This document shows, piece after piece, positions 8,152 to 17,449 of a stretch of DNA of 64,000 nt (position 1 is the first letter of the stretch; each line of letters begins with the position of its first letter). A program made the position numbers and the translations under genes. The stretch lies in contig CAMCGB010000002.1 in the NCBI GenBank assembly GCA_945874355.1, positions 137,475 through 201,474 on the forward strand, written 5' to 3'. Origin of the DNA: an uncultured Bacteroides sp. (GTDB lineage: Bacteria > Bacteroidota > Bacteroidia > Bacteroidales > UBA932). The notes under the pieces were generated by a model. That model was given only the letters and a program-made list of their open reading frames with translations. It did not search any database and was not told the origin of the DNA.

Positions 8152-9462
8152 TTACATATTCAACTCGCCTATAAAAGGAATCGCACCATAGCGACCTTCC
8201 ATATACCCGTTCTCAATATTGATAGTATTATGAATCTTATAGTCATTCAATGAATACATATGGCTACTACCATACTTTTTCTCAACTAACCACACCTCAT
8301 CAGTACGCAGGAAATCCTGATTCAACAAGCAGGTCTGATGAGTTGTGAATATAAGCTGACCATTGGTTTCCTGAGAAGAGAAGTAACGTACGATTTCCCG
8401 GACCAAATGCGGATGTATACTATGGTCCAGTTCATCAATTAGCACGGTCTCAGCCGATTTCATAGCATCATACAAAGCTGGCACAAGAGACAAAAGCCGG
8501 ACGGTACCATCAGACTGTGCCTGAATATCCATATCTTTTGAAAAGCCATTATCTCCAAACTGCCGGAACATCATCTGGCTTATCTTCTGTACCCCATCCT
8601 CTACACTGATGGCCCTTGTATTTCTGAAATCCACAACTTCCGACAAAACCCCGGAACGCATTTCACGAACCTTATCCATTGGCAAACTGCCAACACCGTG
8701 AGTGTTTACCCAATCCTCAAAATTTTCTGTCTCTACCTTCACTTCGTCCACACCCAGGTCAATAGCTTTAAATAACTCAGAAGCGAACTTATTTATCGCC
8801 TTGTCATTTCTGAATACTCCAATCAAGGTCGGGTTAAATGAATGTAGACCGATGATTGTGAGTTCGTTCTCAAACCATTTCTGGGCGATACCTATATTTT
8901 CATCTGCCAATACCGGCATATCGTTATTTATAGTCAATAGACTTGCAAACGGATTCTTTCCTATCCATCCCATGACCATGTTATTCACCTCGTCAGAAGG
9001 AGCCATTGCATATTGCACCTTTCCGTTTTTACGGGTGAAAACATTAACATTTTCTCCTGAGCCCAAGCTTGAAACCTGTAGAGTTTCAAATGTAATCCCG
9101 GAATAATTAATATCTACCGAATATATGAATGGCACTCCAGATTTGGTTACAAACTCAATGGCAAGTTCAAGAGGTTCTTCCCCTGCGTTCTCTTTCAGTG
9201 CAAAAATGTATTTTCCAACTTTCTCTTTATCAAGGAAATTCTTGTTTGTGGCAATAGCCTTCAGGAAATTGATACCTTTCAGCAAATTGGATTTTCCTGC
9301 CCCATTGGAGCCATAGATGGCCGCCATTTTCAATACCGGTAGCTTGCCGTTAAGCACTTTGATATGATTGGACAAAGAAGTTCTCTTCATATTAGGAAAC
9401 ATATCAAATTGAACCTCTTCGTTAAAAGAAAGAAAATTCTTAAGGATTACACGCAGTATCAT
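8152..9462 (-). CDS. AAA/ABC-type ATPase (AAA_15/21-like), AbiLi-like
   Basis: Walker A GSNGAGKS, ABC-signature-like QSDGTVRLL, Walker B VLIDELDHSIHP and H-loop TTHQ. No transmembrane or substrate domain. Forms an operon with the RloB-like gene. Confidence 0.8.
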   Translation of the reverse strand: MILRVILKNFLSFNEEVQFDMFPNMKRTSLSNHIKVLNGKLPVLKMAAIYGSNGAGKSNLLKGINFLKAIATNKNFLDKEKVGKYIFALKENAGEEPLELAIEFVTKSGVPFIYSVDINYSGITFETLQVSSLGSGENVNVFTRKNGKVQYAMAPSDEVNNMVMGWIGKNPFASLLTINNDMPVLADENIGIAQKWFENELTIIGLHSFNPTLIGVFRNDKAINKFASELFKAIDLGVDEVKVETENFEDWVNTHGVGSLPMDKVREMRSGVLSEVVDFRNTRAISVEDGVQKISQMMFRQFGDNGFSKDMDIQAQSDGTVRLLSLVPALYDAMKSAETVLIDELDHSIHPHLVREIVRYFSSQETNGQLIFTTHQTCLLNQDFLRTDEVWLVEKKYGSSHMYSLNDYKIHNTINIENGYMEGRYGAIPFIGELNM

Positions 9463-9529
9463 ATCATAATAGTTTATTACCCATTTATGCTGGCCATACT
9501 AATACATGGCATCATCGTCCATGTCGATG

Positions 9530-9537
9530 CAAAGATA
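9530..9537 (-). promoter_or_regulatory. Bacteroidota -7 box (TATCTTTG) for the ATPase/RloB operon
   Basis: The reverse complement of caaagata is TATCTTTG, which matches TAnnTTTG. It lies about 68 nt upstream of the ATG at 9462. Confidence 0.4.
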
Positions 9538-9550
9538 CAATAATTTCTTA

Positions 9551-9584
9551 TTCCGTGAAATATTCACGTGAATATTTCACGGAA
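9551..9584. promoter_or_regulatory. 34-bp perfect palindrome (candidate operator or hairpin)
   Basis: ttccgtgaaatattcac|gtgaatatttcacggaa is a perfect, loop-free palindrome. It sits where the -33 region of the putative ATPase promoter would be. Confidence 0.5.
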
Positions 9585-9590
9585 AAGATA

Positions 9591-9668
9591 TCATTTCGAC
9601 CAAGCGTCCATGCCATGTCATTTCGACTAAAGCCGAAGGCCGCGCGGAGAAATCTGAGCTGCGCAGCA
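9591..9668 (-). repeat. dispersed intergenic repeat, copy A (inverted relative to copies B and C)
   Basis: The reverse complement reads gcgcagctcagatttctccgcgcggccttcggctttagtcgaaatgaca...ggtcgaaatga. About 90% identical to 23161..23234 over the core. Confidence 0.8.
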
Positions 9669-9672
9669 GGGT

Positions 9673-12600
9673 TTATTCTACGCGTATGTCGCGCACACAA
9701 CGGGCTTTGGTGACAGGAGTATTGACATCAACTGTGATGTTTCCATTAGTAAGACGCATAAAGCCCTTATTTGTGACTTTATTCGACCCTGACGGACCAA
9801 AAGAATAATAAGTACGGGTATATAAGTTCCCCGTTAAAGTGATATAGTAATTCATCATCGCAAGTTCCATCTGATTTGGCACTCTATACCCTTCAGGGCA
9901 ATAGCCTGAACCTGAGGAACCGTTTTGGTCAATGTTGCTTTGGAATAAGTCAAAGCCAGTGCTTGAGAACGTAGTATAATCAGGATATACTTCAAAGCGC
10001 TTGTAAAGCCTGTTGGAAGAGGAGAACTGGTCGGCATAGGGAAGATCCACCGAAGTGTAATCCCTAAGAGCCGCATCATTAAGGTGGGTACACTCAAAAG
10101 TATATGAATCATCTGCATTTTTACTTATGTTTACATAGTCATCCGGCTTTTCCTTTATATCAGCATCCGGTTCAAGGCCCAGGTTCCGTACACAGCGAAT
10201 ACCGTAGTTTTTGTATGACTTCCACTCTTTCCAGCCGTTTGAATCAGCATATGTAGAAGTTGAAATTCCTTCGTGTCCCCAAATTACAGTAGGGCTATTG
10301 CTCGTGCCGTTGGTTGTACTGGAGATAATCAACTGGCACCAATCGTTAATGTCTGAGCTTGCCTGCTGCTCAGCGCTCCTGTAGTACAACCTCGAAGAGT
10401 GCTCCACCACACCGGTGCCCACAAAGAGCCCCACAAGCTGCTGAACAGAAGCAAGATACCATCTTATTTCTTCCTTCTGAATCACTCCGTCGCCATTGTT
10501 GTCGCGGTTTCTCGCCATGCAGAAGTAACGTAGAGCCTGGTAGTCTGTGGGAGTGGATTTCATTAGCGGAGTGTCGTTGTCCACCTCATAGTTCAGAAAC
10601 GTTCCCCAACTCACATCCGGCTTGACATCCGTAATAGTCTCTACCGTGACTCCGTCCGGAGCAAGACCCCACTCAAACACCGAATTGGCCCTTCCGTTGA
10701 ACGGAGCCGTATTTTGCCCACTATCACTATAATCACTCTCGGAAGAGTTATACTTCTTTACCTTATCCGAGAACTCATCGGTGGTCTCGATGCCCCAGGC
10801 AGTCTGAAGCGCTGTGTATGAAGTATTTGTGTTGTAGATACTCTTGATTGAGTGCTGCTGGATGGTAATCACCGAGCCGGTCGAAGTGGACTCGAGGTCA
10901 GTGCTGGAGTTCGAGTCGCAGAGGATGTGCATAGTGCGGTCGTCCTGATTGACAAAGGTCTTCCAGAGCGTCGGGCTGGTGTTGTGGGTGATTGGATGCT
11001 CATCGTAGTAGTACTCATCCACAAAGGTAGTCACGCAAATCTTCGGGCCGTCAGGGTCTTCCGTCACACCGTCAGCCATATAGCCGTTGTCGAAATCGCT
11101 CGTGTTCACAACTGAAGAAGCCGAACCGCCACCTGCCGTCACTCGCAACACCTCATTGTAGTACTCCACATACTTCTCCACCTGGTCTTTGATATAGCTC
11201 ACCAGCTGGATAATGTCCATACAACCATCGTTATGGTAGCCTGCAAGTCCCACAGTACCATCGTCTTCCAGGTTCTCCTGCGAAAGCTCCTTATGCTCAT
11301 AGACTCGGGTAGTGAACTTGCGCCTGCGGTCCTGGAAATAGTTTCCACCGTCATCCTGCTTGTTCAGGCGGAAATGCACCCACCTGTAGTCAAGGTGGTC
11401 TGCGATATCGATTCCGTCCCTGATTATAGGCGAACCGTCGCAGTATGGAGTCTTGACCTTCCAGGTAAGCCGGTCGGCAGTGGAAGTGAGGCTCCCGTCC
11501 GAACCTGCAGTTACAAAATGCTTGGCGTGGAAGGTCATAGTCTTTGACACGTAATGCGCATCGCAGAGGGCAATCTCCTCCTTTGCGATGATAACCTCTC
11601 CGATGGAGCCGGGCTGGTTCTCCGTATCGCCTTTCTCCACCTCCACGCGTATATTATTGACCGAATTGACTGTCACGGTGTAGGTGTAACTATGGTTGCG
11701 CTCAGTCTTGAAGTTGTCAAAACCCTTATAAACGTCGTCGGTATAGTGCTTCCCGTCGTCATTGTTGATAGTCGCGTTCCAGTTGCCAAGATGGATCATA
11801 TACTGTACATCGGCACCGAGCGTCTGTCCGGCATCATCGTTCTCTAGGTCCATATTGACGCGCCCGGTCACAAGTACATAGGTCGAGAAGTCATTGGCGT
11901 TCTGAAACAGCCTCAGCTCCCGGCTTGAACTCTTTCCGAGAAGCGAAGTATATTCCACATTGACAGTCTCATTCTTCCCGGCGGCATCCTTCATTTGCCT
12001 GCTGCGGTCCTGGTAAGAAGTGAAGGAACTGTTCTTCGGGCTCTGGCGGTTCTCGAGCATATAGAACGAGAACTCCTGAGTAGAAGTAGTTATATCCTCG
12101 AAGTTACGCCAGTCAGTCTCAAAGAAATACGGCGCCTTGGAAGCATACTCAGACAAAGGGGTTAAAGGGTCCACCACCGTGGCATCCTCACCAATGCGAG
12201 GCACTACATACGAGGTCGTGGGCACATTGACAACCTTCCACTGACGCGCTTCGAAGCTCTTGATTCTCTGTCCTCTCTCGTCGGGGCGCGTGCCAGTCTT
12301 GAAAATGAATCTTACCTTCGCGTCTATCCTTTGAAGATGAAGAGGTTTATCGCTTGGCGCCACAGTGGTCGAGCCAGCGTTGATGGAGATTCCTTCTTTG
12401 TAAGCTACCATAGGGAAATTGGTGTTGCGGTTCACCGTTTCCTGATTGAGCTGGAGCTTGAAGTTCTTAAGGTCAGTTTCAGTCGCGATGCTGTGTGAAA
12501 GGAGGTCCGAGGAGATTCGGGCCATATCGGAGTCCAGGTTGCTTATGACATAGAGCTTGAAGTTGTTGCCCGCAGAAGCCTTGATTTTGAAACATCCGTT

Positions 12601-12939
12601 GACAGGGCTTGCCGTGTTATCGACATACCAGCAATCGGTGCTGGCGTCAACTACATCAGTAGCAGAGGACTTTTTCTCCGACGCGGTGAGCCACTTGCCG
12701 TACAGCTTGTTGCCGTTGTTATCGAAAAGGAATACATAGATGTTGCTCACGGAGTTCTCGCTGGTCGCATTCTGGGTGGCCTTGGTGGTGACTTCAATCG
12801 ACTCCTGGGGGCCGAAGTTCACCATCAGATAACCTTCTCCTTCTTCAAGGCCGGCTTCCCTGAACTGCTCCTTGACGCAGGAAAGAGCGAGAAGCGAAAC
12901 AAGCAGGGCGGCAAATATGGGTTTAAATATCTGTTTCAT
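9673..12939 (-). CDS. large pilus tip/adhesin-like lipoprotein (1088 aa), paralogue of 4051..7311
   Basis: Lipobox LLALSC and T-K-A motif. Collinear with the + strand paralogue, including DNNGDGVIQKEE and CPEGYRVPNQMELA...RCVRDIRVE. Confidence 0.7.
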   Translation of the reverse strand: MKQIFKPIFAALLVSLLALSCVKEQFREAGLEEGEGYLMVNFGPQESIEVTTKATQNATSENSVSNIYVFLFDNNGNKLYGKWLTASEKKSSATDVVDASTDCWYVDNTASPVNGCFKIKASAGNNFKLYVISNLDSDMARISSDLLSHSIATETDLKNFKLQLNQETVNRNTNFPMVAYKEGISINAGSTTVAPSDKPLHLQRIDAKVRFIFKTGTRPDERGQRIKSFEARQWKVVNVPTTSYVVPRIGEDATVVDPLTPLSEYASKAPYFFETDWRNFEDITTSTQEFSFYMLENRQSPKNSSFTSYQDRSRQMKDAAGKNETVNVEYTSLLGKSSSRELRLFQNANDFSTYVLVTGRVNMDLENDDAGQTLGADVQYMIHLGNWNATINNDDGKHYTDDVYKGFDNFKTERNHSYTYTVTVNSVNNIRVEVEKGDTENQPGSIGEVIIAKEEIALCDAHYVSKTMTFHAKHFVTAGSDGSLTSTADRLTWKVKTPYCDGSPIIRDGIDIADHLDYRWVHFRLNKQDDGGNYFQDRRRKFTTRVYEHKELSQENLEDDGTVGLAGYHNDGCMDIIQLVSYIKDQVEKYVEYYNEVLRVTAGGGSASSVVNTSDFDNGYMADGVTEDPDGPKICVTTFVDEYYYDEHPITHNTSPTLWKTFVNQDDRTMHILCDSNSSTDLESTSTGSVITIQQHSIKSIYNTNTSYTALQTAWGIETTDEFSDKVKKYNSSESDYSDSGQNTAPFNGRANSVFEWGLAPDGVTVETITDVKPDVSWGTFLNYEVDNDTPLMKSTPTDYQALRYFCMARNRDNNGDGVIQKEEIRWYLASVQQLVGLFVGTGVVEHSSRLYYRSAEQQASSDINDWCQLIISSTTNGTSNSPTVIWGHEGISTSTYADSNGWKEWKSYKNYGIRCVRNLGLEPDADIKEKPDDYVNISKNADDSYTFECTHLNDAALRDYTSVDLPYADQFSSSNRLYKRFEVYPDYTTFSSTGFDLFQSNIDQNGSSGSGYCPEGYRVPNQMELAMMNYYITLTGNLYTRTYYSFGPSGSNKVTNKGFMRLTNGNITVDVNTPVTKARCVRDIRVE

Positions 12940-12944
12940 AGCGA

Positions 12945-14522
12945 TTAATCAAAAGTGGTCTCGTTCTTAACTCCTGTCCAGGCCTGTACATCGAAGTAAA
13001 CGAGGGCGTACTCGGGGTTGTAGTATATGTTGATGACTATGTTTACATCCTCATTGCGGCTGATTTGAGTCAGCGGCACTGCTACACCGAAATCATTGAT
13101 ATAGTTGATATTGGGCAGGGTCTTTTTGAAGGTCTTAAGTGCACCAACAAACGGATAATAACTAATTGATGTAACATAGACAGGCGTCATATACCAGAAA
13201 AACCGGTTATCTTTAGGAGCATCTTTGCAGTATTCAGAAACAATACTATTACCATCAACGTTACCGCTCGAACACATATTGTATCCGGCATACCAAAACA
13301 ACGTTGCCAATGCCCCAGAATTGTCATTAGATGCGATATTCAAATTGTTCTTGTATGATTCTACGGTAACATTTGTCCTATTTCGCCCGATAGTCAAGTA
13401 TTTATTAGTACCGAGATTCTTTATATATTTATTTCCGGAGGATTCCTCAATCTGCCATATGTAGTCTTTAACATCAGAACCAGCAAGCAATTCATTAACA
13501 TTACTTCGGTTATAACCTAAAACAGAAGAACCACTTGCTTTAATGAAATAGTTTGCACTTTTATTTCTTATTATCATCGGTAAAGGTTTGCCTTCTGAGT
13601 CTTTCAGAGTGTCGTTGTATTCGGAGGACTCCGTTCCGGCACTATAGACATCTTCGGTTGTTACATAATCCAGCACAGCGCTTGTCGCACTCGTCTCGAA
13701 CAGCCCTCCGGCAAACTGCAGCCCCATATTGGCCACGGCGCCAACTCCGCTCTCATAGATGTACTGGTCAATGACAGTCTTCACAACGCCCGGAGCTATA
13801 TGATCCGTAACCTTCTCACCTGCAGTGGTATAGCTAAACGAATCCTCGAAGCCGACATAGTCTATGTCCGAAGGTACGCTATGGTTGTCCTGCTGGAAAA
13901 GATAGCCCTTATTGGGATTCTTTTCGCCCAGGGCCACGCTCTGAAGGAAGATGTTCTTGTCGAGGGTATTGTTGCGGACACTTACCCTGATGCGGCCGCA
14001 AGAGCGTATCAGCTCGGCATTCAGGCTGTTCTGGCCTGCTGATATGCTTATGCTCTCAACCAGGCTCAGCGGCATCCCGTCGCTTCCGAAATCCGGAACA
14101 TTGGCGGAAAATCCGCTCAGCACATACTTCTTGAAATCGTCTTCAATAGTTCCTCCAACCACCGGAGCAGTCAAGGCAGTAGGCTTATTTGCAATAAGAT
14201 ACACAGTGTAGGTGTTCCTCTCGATATTGGTGAAAGTGGCTGTGGCTGTGCTGTCGCCGACATTCATCACAATATCCCCGTCCGTACCGATCCAGGAAGC
14301 ATAACGCACCACCTTACCAGCCGGATCGGCCACCCAGATATGCAGGTTGTTCATCACATCTCCGTCTGCCGCGGTCCCGGCCTTGGTGCCGCCACTTGCA
14401 GGCGAAGCGATGCGGATCACGAGCTCGCCCGTCCCTTCGCGGGATGAATCAGGCAGAGGGGTGCGACTGCACGAAAGCAGGGCAAACGCCGCCAATATGC
14501 TGTATATCAATAATTTTCTCAT
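12945..14522 (-). CDS. Mfa/Fim-type pilus subunit-like lipoprotein, paralogue of 2396..4045
   Basis: Lipobox ALLSC and GTKAG motif. Shares LHIW, GMPLSLV and RIR.(T/S)VRNNT blocks and the NETTFD C-terminus. Confidence 0.7.
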   Translation of the reverse strand: MRKLLIYSILAAFALLSCSRTPLPDSSREGTGELVIRIASPASGGTKAGTAADGDVMNNLHIWVADPAGKVVRYASWIGTDGDIVMNVGDSTATATFTNIERNTYTVYLIANKPTALTAPVVGGTIEDDFKKYVLSGFSANVPDFGSDGMPLSLVESISISAGQNSLNAELIRSCGRIRVSVRNNTLDKNIFLQSVALGEKNPNKGYLFQQDNHSVPSDIDYVGFEDSFSYTTAGEKVTDHIAPGVVKTVIDQYIYESGVGAVANMGLQFAGGLFETSATSAVLDYVTTEDVYSAGTESSEYNDTLKDSEGKPLPMIIRNKSANYFIKASGSSVLGYNRSNVNELLAGSDVKDYIWQIEESSGNKYIKNLGTNKYLTIGRNRTNVTVESYKNNLNIASNDNSGALATLFWYAGYNMCSSGNVDGNSIVSEYCKDAPKDNRFFWYMTPVYVTSISYYPFVGALKTFKKTLPNINYINDFGVAVPLTQISRNEDVNIVINIYYNPEYALVYFDVQAWTGVKNETTFD

Positions 14523-14525
14523 ATT

Positions 14526-15557
14526 CTACAGATAAACGTCTTCGCTTGACTGAATCTCTTTCCAATCTTTGATGCTCACTACGACTTCAAGGTCGGACTT
14601 GTTAACAAGAAGGGTGTAGATGTATATCTTTCCGCTCTCCCATTTTAGGGTCGGCAGGGTGGCGCTGTTGTCGGCAGTGCCTCCGCCACGGGTCTTGAAA
14701 TGAATGGTTGTGGGCTTGTCGGCTGCAGATGAGCAGGTCTGCGGAATGCAGAACACCATATTCGCAGAGCCGTCAAAAATATTGACGGCATGGGTCCCGT
14801 CATACTTTCCGAACTCCTTCTCCCCGGTCCAGCTGAAGTACGAACCGCTGTCGTAATATGTTGCAATCCATTCAATCATAGGAAGTTTCACATCCGAAGG
14901 GTCAAAGGTATAGCGAAGGGTTCCCGTAGGGATGAGGCCTTCGATATGGAACTCGGTGATGGCATCCTTGTCGGTATCGGCAATGTCGCTTACGTCTTTC
15001 AGCGCAATCTTGAACTGAAGGCCGCAGAGAGCGTGCTGGAACTCGAACTTGACCGGGGCCTTTATATTGTCAATCGTTGCTTTAACGGCCTTGAATCCTA
15101 CCAGCAGGTCGTCTTTGCCGGGGACGACATTGTACTCAATCATAATATTGTCTGCTGAAGATGAGGCGTTTACAATGAATGAGTCTCCGCTATAAGGATG
15201 GTAAGCCCTGAAACGGTAGAACTTGTTAATCTTCCAGTATTGCAAAGGGCTATACTGCCATTTACCGCTGTTGTAAGTCACCTCCTGCGCCGTGGACTGA
15301 AGGAAGACATTATTGCCGCCGATGCTCTTCTCGATGTCGTTCCACACACCGAACACTCCGAACGATTTGTCTGTAAGGTTCGTATCGTTAGTCTTCACAA
15401 TTCCTTCTCCTGCTCCCGACTTCAACTCCTGTTCAATCTCCCGGGCCTCGGCCTGGAACGAAAGCGCAGCCACATCATCGTCAGTGTCTGTCTTGCGGCA
15501 GGCTGAAAGGCATACGAATAAGAGAGCCAATATGGTGTATTTCAATATCTTGGTCAT
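14526..15557 (-). CDS. fimbrillin-family lipoprotein, paralogue of 1341..2399
   Basis: Lipobox CLSAC. Shares YRFRAYHPYSG, IPQTCS and IYIYTLL blocks. Confidence 0.7.
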   Translation of the reverse strand: MTKILKYTILALLFVCLSACRKTDTDDDVAALSFQAEAREIEQELKSGAGEGIVKTNDTNLTDKSFGVFGVWNDIEKSIGGNNVFLQSTAQEVTYNSGKWQYSPLQYWKINKFYRFRAYHPYSGDSFIVNASSSADNIMIEYNVVPGKDDLLVGFKAVKATIDNIKAPVKFEFQHALCGLQFKIALKDVSDIADTDKDAITEFHIEGLIPTGTLRYTFDPSDVKLPMIEWIATYYDSGSYFSWTGEKEFGKYDGTHAVNIFDGSANMVFCIPQTCSSAADKPTTIHFKTRGGGTADNSATLPTLKWESGKIYIYTLLVNKSDLEVVVSIKDWKEIQSSEDVYL

Positions 15558-16432
15558 ATTTTTTCGATTTTCAAGTCATAGTTGTCATACACTCCGAGAT
15601 TCAGCTCATAGAGCTTTCCCGGCTTGAGGTCAAGCAGGATTGTGGTGCTCAGAACCTGGTCGCGAACGAAAATTCCGTCCTTGACAAAGTCGCAGCTTAG
15701 CTCCAAACGCATCAGCGCAGACTGGGGGATGAGCCTCTGCTCGCACAGCAGACATCCATCCGAGGGGATTATCTGCGAGCCCTCAAAACTCAGCAGCGGA
15801 GTGCATTCACCTTCCAGCGTCCACTTGGGGGAAGGCAGGCTGCAAAAGCTTCCTCTCTGCACTGTTCCGTTGATTTTCAGGCCTTTGACCGTTACTTGAG
15901 TGGTCGCGGCGCAGCGGCTGACGGCTTTGAAGCGCACCAGACTCAGGGCCGAGCGGAAATCTAGGCTAACCACTCCCAGCGAGTTGACGCTGCGGCGGTT
16001 CAGGAGCGGCTCTGTATAAAGCAGATCCTGCAACTCTGAAAGGCTGTAATGCTCAAATCCGACTCCGCTTTGCTCATCGAAAACGGCCCGCGACAGCGGT
16101 GCTGCCGAATAGATGTCCAGGCTCTTGGCCGCTTCCCATTTATACTCCTTCTCGGGAGCCCACAAGGCGTCCTGCCTGATCAGTGCCACTCCTTCCAGCT
16201 CGGCTTCCCGGCTTTTGGAGTCATAGGCCCATACCCCGTACTCACCGGGGAATTCAGTGCTCTTGGTATTGGGGGTGCAGACCACTTCAAAGCGCATATC
16301 GTACACAGGATCAGCAGGTTTGAAGGTGCTATTGTTGCAGGAGGACATAATACCCGTCGCCAGAAGGACAGAGCCCAAGGCGTAAAAATGCATTATGTTT
16401 GTCTTCCTTCCCATATCACTTGGATTAACCAC
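15554..16432 (-). CDS. fimbrillin-family lipoprotein, paralogue of 472..1344 (start uncertain)
   Basis: Lipobox IMSSC after internal Met candidates. T-K-S motif and LLYTEP block. ATGA-type overlap with the downstream gene. Confidence 0.65.
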   Translation of the reverse strand: MVNPSDMGRKTNIMHFYALGSVLLATGIMSSCNNSTFKPADPVYDMRFEVVCTPNTKSTEFPGEYGVWAYDSKSREAELEGVALIRQDALWAPEKEYKWEAAKSLDIYSAAPLSRAVFDEQSGVGFEHYSLSELQDLLYTEPLLNRRSVNSLGVVSLDFRSALSLVRFKAVSRCAATTQVTVKGLKINGTVQRGSFCSLPSPKWTLEGECTPLLSFEGSQIIPSDGCLLCEQRLIPQSALMRLELSCDFVKDGIFVRDQVLSTTILLDLKPGKLYELNLGVYDNYDLKIEKI

Positions 16433-17435
16433 CTATTGACACTTGAAGACCATCATAGTCAGACCAATCAACAACGCTCGCATCGAAGTCGATAGGATGC
16501 TGTCCCACACCTATATATATTTTATAGGTGTACTTCTTGCCTTTTTCCCACTCTTCCTGCCTCAGGTTCTCGTCGAAGTAGCAGGATGCCGTCTTGCTCT
16601 CCCAGTTCACGCCGTTGTCGGTGCTGATGTTGTAGCCGATTTCCAGTATAGGGTGGGCACTGGCCGAAGCAACCAACCTTTGCGGTATCATATTGAATTC
16701 CTGCTCTGCGCTGAAGCTTCCTTTCGAAATTGTCAGGCTTCCTGAGTACAGGCCCCAGTCTGAGCTTTTGAGCGAGGTGGAGCTAGGGGTCCATTTGTCG
16801 TCGGAATACCCTCCGCGGGAGTATGCACCGGCAGAATATACGTCCTTCAATCTTATTGAGGTGACGTTCACCCGGGTGGCATCGTCAGCTTCATCGGCTA
16901 TGGAGAAGCGGAATACTATCTTGGAGAGCTTCTGGCGGAAGTTGGTCGGAACGCCAGTGTAGCCGGCAAGCGATTCGTTCTTGGTCTTGTCCTGGGCGAT
17001 GTCCGCAACGAGTATGTCCCCGCTGTCGCTTGTCACATCCCACGAAGAGATGCTCACTCCGTCGGTCGATACGCTCGTTTTGCTGCCCTTCAGGGTCGTA
17101 GGAGAGTAGGAGAAGAAGGTTAATCTCCCGTCATCCGGCCAATAGTAATCTGTAGTTGTCTTCCAATAGTTATATGTGGCATTGTACCTTACTTCTTGCT
17201 GATTGATAAAGATTCTGGCCTCCTCCTTATTCGCATCCCATGTCTTGCCGGAAGCAAGTTTATAGGAAGTAGTTATAAAAGGGCTGCCGGTAGGGTAAGC
17301 GCTTGCCGCCTTGGTGCTCACTGTGGTAAAACCAATCAGAGACCTCACCAAGGGAGATTGGTCTGCGCTGGTTTTGGCGCACGAAGCCATCAGGACGCAA
17401 ACTGCTGCCATATATGTTAAACTATTGAAATTCAT
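16425..17435 (-). CDS. fimbrillin-family lipoprotein
   Basis: I place the start at MNFNSLTYMAAVCVLMASC (ATG at 17435) rather than the ORF-track start at 17483. STKAAS motif. YYWP...L(T/S)FF block shared with the two upstream paralogues. Confidence 0.65.
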   Translation of the reverse strand: MNFNSLTYMAAVCVLMASCAKTSADQSPLVRSLIGFTTVSTKAASAYPTGSPFITTSYKLASGKTWDANKEEARIFINQQEVRYNATYNYWKTTTDYYWPDDGRLTFFSYSPTTLKGSKTSVSTDGVSISSWDVTSDSGDILVADIAQDKTKNESLAGYTGVPTNFRQKLSKIVFRFSIADEADDATRVNVTSIRLKDVYSAGAYSRGGYSDDKWTPSSTSLKSSDWGLYSGSLTISKGSFSAEQEFNMIPQRLVASASAHPILEIGYNISTDNGVNWESKTASCYFDENLRQEEWEKGKKYTYKIYIGVGQHPIDFDASVVDWSDYDGLQVSIGG

Positions 17436-17449
17436 TCTATTCGGATGGA

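Noticed and set aside
5218-11817. I considered that the conserved inverted segments in the two tip genes are the crossover sites of an active shufflon or invertible segment spanning the AbiL-like module.
   Set aside because: The segments are only about 85-88% identical at the nucleotide level. The longest exact match I found is 26 nt, and the differences are mostly synonymous, which points to purifying selection rather than ongoing recombination. There is no recombinase-type short inverted-repeat core. I kept it only as a conservation observation.
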